Assembly (NCBI GenBank): GCA_964387765.1
Contig: CAYLXS010000001.1
Location: 437-64,436, forward strand
Length of the DNA stretch: 64,000 bases
Direction: 5' to 3'
Source of the DNA: an uncultured Syntrophaceae bacterium
GTDB lineage: Bacteria; Desulfobacterota; Syntrophia; Syntrophales; UBA2210
The stretch's first letter is position 1; each line of letters starts with the position of its first letter. Positions 59,548 to 64,000 of the stretch are shown piece by piece. Made by a program: the position numbers and the translations under genes. The notes under the pieces were generated by a model. It was not told the DNA's origin. It worked only from the letters and a program-made list of their open reading frames with translations, and ran no database searches.

Positions 59548-62211
59548 ATGAACAAATATATCAAGCTCGTCCTGCGAAGGCCCGTGCACATACTGATCAT
59601 GCTTGTCATTTTCACAGCGGTGCTTGTCCCCGGAATGACCATGCTGAAATTCGACAACTCTGTTGAATCCTTCATGCCCAAAGATGACAACGAGTATATT
59701 TATTACACCGGACTGAAAGAGATCTACGGCGATAACGGCAGATTCATCATCATGGCTGTTTCCGATGATGATCTGTGGAACGTCGAGACTTTTCGAAAAC
59801 TCGATGTTTTCCTTGCCGACCTGGAAGAATATAAAGACTTTGACGAGGAGAAAGAGAATTCCCGTTTAAAGGAATTTGATTCGATAATATCACAGAAAAC
59901 CGTCCGATATGATGATCTTATGGCAGCCTTTAGCGATGATCCAGGCTTTAGTAGGCTGCTTGAAAGAAAGATCGAAAAAGTCTTCAGTAAAAAAAAGATG
60001 TTCAGCGGGAGCGATCTGAAAATACTGCGAGAACAGATACTCCGCTCCATGGATTTCAAGAGAAAAGAGACCGTAGACGCGATTATCTCTCCACTGACGT
60101 CAGCAGATATAACAGGCAAAAACGATACACTCGAAACATACGATCTAATCGAAAAAGATGATGACGGGAAGCGTATACTCCCCTCATCTGATAAAGAGAT
60201 CGATGAATTCAGGCAACGACTGGGACATAATCCTTCCTTCGACAAAGGTCTGTACAGCAGAGATTCTCAGACCGGGGAAATAACCGATTTCTGTGTTGTC
60301 GTGAAGTTTATCAATCTCGATGATCAGGACCCGGTTGTGCGCGAGATGATGGAGGTAATCGACAGTCACAGCGACAATCTTACTATCGTATCATCGGGCG
60401 TTCCTGTCGTAAATATGTGGATGAACAAGTATATGCACGCGGACCTGTTCAGAAACATCCCCCTTGTTCTGCTGGTTGTTGTTATCGTGTTCTATTTCAA
60501 TTTCCGATCAATTCGGGGCGTGCTGCTGCCCCTCGTTACGCTAGGACTGGCGGAACTGTGGATTCTGGGACTTATGGGATATATAGGATACAGGATAACC
60601 CCTGTCGGTGTATCCATTCCACCGTTGATAATCGCGGTGGGAAGCTCTTACGCTATTCATCTGCTCAATCAGTATTACTCCGATTTCAATAAAATTATGA
60701 AGATGGATAAGAAAGCGGGGTTATATAAATCCATGTCCCACATATCGCTGACAGTGCTTCTGGCCGGGCTGACAACCTTTATGGCTTTTATGACGCTGGC
60801 AACTAGTCAGGTTTCGGCTGTGCGTGAGTGGGGCATAGCTTCCGCCGTCGGCGTAATGTTCGCCGTGTTTATTTCCTCTTCCCTGATTCCCGCGTGTCTT
60901 GTACTCCTGCCGGGAACGAGGCCTTCCGTACTGTTCCAGAAGGACAAAAGCAGAAAAACAGTGGTCGATGGAATCATCACACTTATGGCCAAAGGCTCCA
61001 TCGTTCACTACAGAAAAGTGCTTATCGTTGTCGGCATTCTCATCGCCGTATCAGCGGCGGGAATTTTCAGGATCAATATAGAAACCGCGTTCCTGAACTA
61101 TTTCAAGGAAACCGACCAGATAAGGGTGAATGCACGTGCCATCGGCGACAAATTCGGAGGGGGATGGTGTTACGATATCCTTATTGATTCAGGGAAAACC
61201 GATGGCATAAAGGATCCCGAATTTCTTGTCACGATTGAAAATCTTAGAAAATGGCTGGTATCCGACAAAAACCCCGACCTCAATATCGGCCGGACGGAGT
61301 CCTTCTCAGACTTCATCAAGACCATGCACATGGCCATGAATAATGATGATATATCCTTCTATAAAATTCCTGAAAACCGCGTTGATATCATTGATTATCT
61401 GGAAATATATTCCGGAGATGACGACAACTCAGACGGCAGATTCGACGAGTTCGAACCCTTCATCGATATTGATTTCAGAACATGCAACCTGCTCGCCAGG
61501 CTGTGCAAGAAAGAAGACTATACCGTGGGTACGACGGAGATAAAAAGAATTGCCGGCAAGATATCGAATTTCCTCGATAAAAATTTGCCGGAAGGCGCCT
61601 CTTACACCATCAGCGGATTCCCGATGATGAACGTCAAATCGGTCTATTATATAATCAGGGGACAGATGCAGAGCCTTTCTCTCTCACTCCTGATAGTGGG
61701 AATCATCGTCGCGCTGCTGTTTCAGCAGATCAAGGCGGGACCCCTGGCTCTGATACCAATGAGTATCGCCGTTATTGTCAACTTCGGTGTTATGGGATGG
61801 CTGCAAATCAACCTGGATATGGCCACCTCTGTCATCGCCGCGATCACCATAGGAATCGGCGTGGATGATACCATACACTTTCTCAACGCATTCAGACAAA
61901 ACAGGGCACGGGGATTGGATATTGATGAAACAATAAGGCGTACCCTTGCCGTCTCCGGAAAAGCGATACTATTTACGTCGCTCGCGCTGATCCTTGGATT
62001 CTCGGTTCTCATAACCTCCAATTTTCTGCCGATAATCTTATTCGGCATACTAACCGCCACCACAATGATAAACACAACAATAGGGGCACTCCTTATACTC
62101 CCCTCCGTTATCAAGGCCACCGGAATCAATCTTGACAGACCGCCGTCCGATTCATGGGTAAGCAGACATTTGGATATTGACAAATTTCTTGGGATGAAAG
62201 AGGATGACTGA
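59548..62211 (+). CDS. MMPL/RND-superfamily exporter
   Basis: 887 aa with two six-TM bundles separated by large soluble loops and a GVDDTIHFL-type segment. Confidence 0.85.
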   Translation: MNKYIKLVLRRPVHILIMLVIFTAVLVPGMTMLKFDNSVESFMPKDDNEYIYYTGLKEIYGDNGRFIIMAVSDDDLWNVETFRKLDVFLADLEEYKDFDEEKENSRLKEFDSIISQKTVRYDDLMAAFSDDPGFSRLLERKIEKVFSKKKMFSGSDLKILREQILRSMDFKRKETVDAIISPLTSADITGKNDTLETYDLIEKDDDGKRILPSSDKEIDEFRQRLGHNPSFDKGLYSRDSQTGEITDFCVVVKFINLDDQDPVVREMMEVIDSHSDNLTIVSSGVPVVNMWMNKYMHADLFRNIPLVLLVVVIVFYFNFRSIRGVLLPLVTLGLAELWILGLMGYIGYRITPVGVSIPPLIIAVGSSYAIHLLNQYYSDFNKIMKMDKKAGLYKSMSHISLTVLLAGLTTFMAFMTLATSQVSAVREWGIASAVGVMFAVFISSSLIPACLVLLPGTRPSVLFQKDKSRKTVVDGIITLMAKGSIVHYRKVLIVVGILIAVSAAGIFRINIETAFLNYFKETDQIRVNARAIGDKFGGGWCYDILIDSGKTDGIKDPEFLVTIENLRKWLVSDKNPDLNIGRTESFSDFIKTMHMAMNNDDISFYKIPENRVDIIDYLEIYSGDDDNSDGRFDEFEPFIDIDFRTCNLLARLCKKEDYTVGTTEIKRIAGKISNFLDKNLPEGASYTISGFPMMNVKSVYYIIRGQMQSLSLSLLIVGIIVALLFQQIKAGPLALIPMSIAVIVNFGVMGWLQINLDMATSVIAAITIGIGVDDTIHFLNAFRQNRARGLDIDETIRRTLAVSGKAILFTSLALILGFSVLITSNFLPIILFGILTATTMINTTIGALLILPSVIKATGINLDRPPSDSWVSRHLDIDKFLGMKEDD

Positions 62212-62235
62212 CATGATTACGAAAAGGAGTCGCAG

Positions 62236-62976
62236 ATGAAATCAAGATTTTTTCTGACAATCTTTCTTGTATTTTTTTTAGCTCAGCCCCTGTTCGCGCT
62301 AACCGGAAGAGAGGTTATGGAGAAAAACGAGGCCCTTCCCGAGTCAAAAACCGCTGTGAGCAGTGTATTGATGCAGATACATAAAGGCGGAAGGGTTATG
62401 GAGAAGGAGTTCGAGAGCAGGACAAAGAAATTTAAAGATGATGAAGACAAGATGCTTATATCCTTCACAAAACCGACAAAGATAAAACTTCTGACTCACA
62501 CACACAGGGGAAGAGATGATGATCAGTGGTTAAGATTATCTTCGGGAAAAATAAAAAGAATAGCCGCGTCCGACAAGGGAAAACCCTTCGTTAATTCACA
62601 CTTCTATTATGATGACATCAGCTCCCGGAATATCGATGATTACACATACCGACTCCTGGACGACGGAGAGGCCGCCGGTTCTGATTGCTATAGAGTGGAG
62701 GCGATAAGACAAAACGGCACAAAAGTGTACAGCAGGCTGATACTATATGCGCGCAAATCGGACTGTTTTATTGTAAAAATCGACTTCTACAGAAAAGGCA
62801 AATTCCATAAATATCTCGAAAATCACGATATAAGAACAGTCAAGGGTATCCTGACGCCCTTCAGCTCCATCATGACGCCGGCAAATAAGAAGGGAAAGAC
62901 AGAACTCAGGATTGAAAAGCTGGAATATAACAGGGATTTAAGAAATTCGACCTTTAACAAAGAAGCCTTGCGATAA
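62236..62976 (+). CDS. LolA-like outer-membrane lipoprotein-sorting protein
   Basis: Signal peptide and a 246-aa beta-rich sequence. This family is commonly paired with MMPL exporters. Confidence 0.7.
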   Translation: MKSRFFLTIFLVFFLAQPLFALTGREVMEKNEALPESKTAVSSVLMQIHKGGRVMEKEFESRTKKFKDDEDKMLISFTKPTKIKLLTHTHRGRDDDQWLRLSSGKIKRIAASDKGKPFVNSHFYYDDISSRNIDDYTYRLLDDGEAAGSDCYRVEAIRQNGTKVYSRLILYARKSDCFIVKIDFYRKGKFHKYLENHDIRTVKGILTPFSSIMTPANKKGKTELRIEKLEYNRDLRNSTFNKEALR

Positions 62977-63151
62977 AGATCTTCGAAATGCTGATATCGC
63001 CATGTATCAAGCCAAGCAAGCGGGGAATGCGCTCGCCGTTCAATTCAACGGTATCTATGATATATTGAAAAATGACTGTACTGCAAACAAGTCTCAACAA
63101 AGAATATATTGTGAGAACGAAAGCTTCTTCCTGGAAGCGATAATTGACTGA
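62972..63151 (+). pseudogene. 3'-terminal remnant of a GGDEF-domain gene
   Basis: The frame reads DKDLRNADIAMYQAKQAGNALAVQF.., the last GGDEF helix. It begins at the stop codon of the preceding gene with no upstream GGDEF sequence. Confidence 0.7.
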
Positions 63152-63259
63152 ATTTGAAAAATATGCAACATTACGATTAATAATGAAGTGCCCGCTGTGG
63201 TTGCAACAGAAACCACGTTGCAAGGAGTTGTTTCGGACAACGAGAAAAGGAGAGATGTA

Positions 63260-63373
63260 ATGGGAGACAAGGGCGGCAAGAAAAATAAGGAAAAAGGGCA
63301 GAAACAGAACGTCGAAAAAGTGAAACAAAATAAACAAAACAAGCTTGATAAACAGCCAAAAAGAAAACCTTAA
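63260..63373 (+). CDS. Possible 37-aa lysine-rich micro-protein
   Basis: MGDKGGKKNKEKGQKQNVEKVKQNKQNKLDKQPKRKP, with an AGGAGA RBS 6 nt upstream of the ATG. Confidence 0.4.
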   Translation: MGDKGGKKNKEKGQKQNVEKVKQNKQNKLDKQPKRKP

Positions 63374-63583
63374 TATTTTATGGAGACACCGAATGAGATC
63401 GGGGAAATGTGTGCTTCTTCCTGTTATCCACAAATCGTCTACATCAACGAACACGCTGGATTTCGAATAAGCGTCAATCCAGAGTTGGGGTAAAGACAAT
63501 AAATATATTCACGGTATTGATTCAATTTTGGATTGACGCATGAAGAACGGAGCCGCTACGTGAACAACAGATTTTCCTATGGG

Positions 63584-63620
63584 GTTTCAATAGGGGTCTC
63601 TCCCCTACAAGTTGCAAAAC
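63584..63620. repeat. Single 37-nt palindromic, CRISPR-repeat-like / REP-variant element
   Basis: The minus strand reads GTTTTGCAACTTGTAGGGGAGAGACCCCTATTGAAAC, with an internal TAGGGG/CCCCTA stem and an ATTGAAAC end. Only one full copy is present. Confidence 0.4.
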
Positions 63621-64000
63621 TCAACAACATGAGCTACTGAATAACAGATAGAACGGGATTGTCAATAATTCTTTATTCTAGGATTTCCCCACAAGTCCTC
63701 TGTATCTACCACCGCGAAGCGGTTTAGTTCTTCAAGCGGTAATAGTCGATTTTATCCGAAAGCGAGTTTGAGGACTTGTAGGTGGAGACAATGTCTGGCT
63801 CATGTCATATTTCCATGAACCACACTCATCCAGTTCAAAGACAACGGTGCAGATTGATTTTTCAGACTCACTCATTTACTACGGGATGAAATCTGATCTT
63901 AACTGCGCTCTCGTTGCGTCATATATGGAAGCAGTCTGTCTATTCACCGGAAAAATACAGTCTATATAGCCATTGAATTACGTAAACAATACGGCCGTCT

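Noticed and set aside
62954-63499. 181-aa minus-strand ORF
   Set aside because: It is Phe/Leu-rich low-complexity sequence antisense to the lysine-rich micro-ORF and the GGDEF remnant. It has no RBS and no motif.
63584-63620. CRISPR array
   Set aside because: Only one full repeat-like unit is present. The nearby similar 12-17-nt pieces are irregularly spaced and partly inverted, and no cas genes lie in the window. I kept it as an unexplained repeat, not a CRISPR call.

Overview
The window is a 64-kb bacterial chromosomal segment. Gene content suggests an anaerobic Desulfobacterota-like organism, but that is inference only. From about 20.4 to 62.9 kb it is mostly housekeeping: dprA-topA-trmFO, coaX-birA-nadC-valS-miaA, mutL-rfbD-truA-pgk-ispF-ispD-PIN/TRAM-carD, an EF-G paralogue, ligA, nnr and an MMPL exporter. 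I did not find a complete, unmistakable new system (no CRISPR array, cyclase/effector pair or reverse transcriptase), but several accessory structures deserve a second look. (1) At the left edge, a PLD-nuclease/SNF2-helicase fusion sits next to a wHTH-MNT/HEPN cassette. The cassette is bracketed by two roughly 70-bp boxes with a 22-nt perfect core and diverged but structure-preserving hairpins. (2) A 5.4-kb islet without an integrase is bounded by a perfect 33-bp direct repeat of the tRNA-His 3' end. It carries an HD-GYP phosphodiesterase and a membrane PAS-GGDEF cyclase. (3) A 3.6-kb islet splits the normally adjacent mutL and miaA. It holds vapBC, hicB with an amber-inactivated hicA, and two unrecognised genes (a zinc-ribbon membrane protein and a possible PD-(D/E)xK-like protein). 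(4) A REP-like hairpin family has three near-identical copies, two of which supply gene 3' ends. (5) The right-hand 1 kb contains a GGDEF 3' remnant and dense non-coding structure, including one CRISPR-repeat-like palindrome. A visibly more GC-rich ECF-sigma/Spy-like/RND efflux block spans about 6.4-14.7 kb. All calls come from reading the ORF translations and the sequence. No database search was run.
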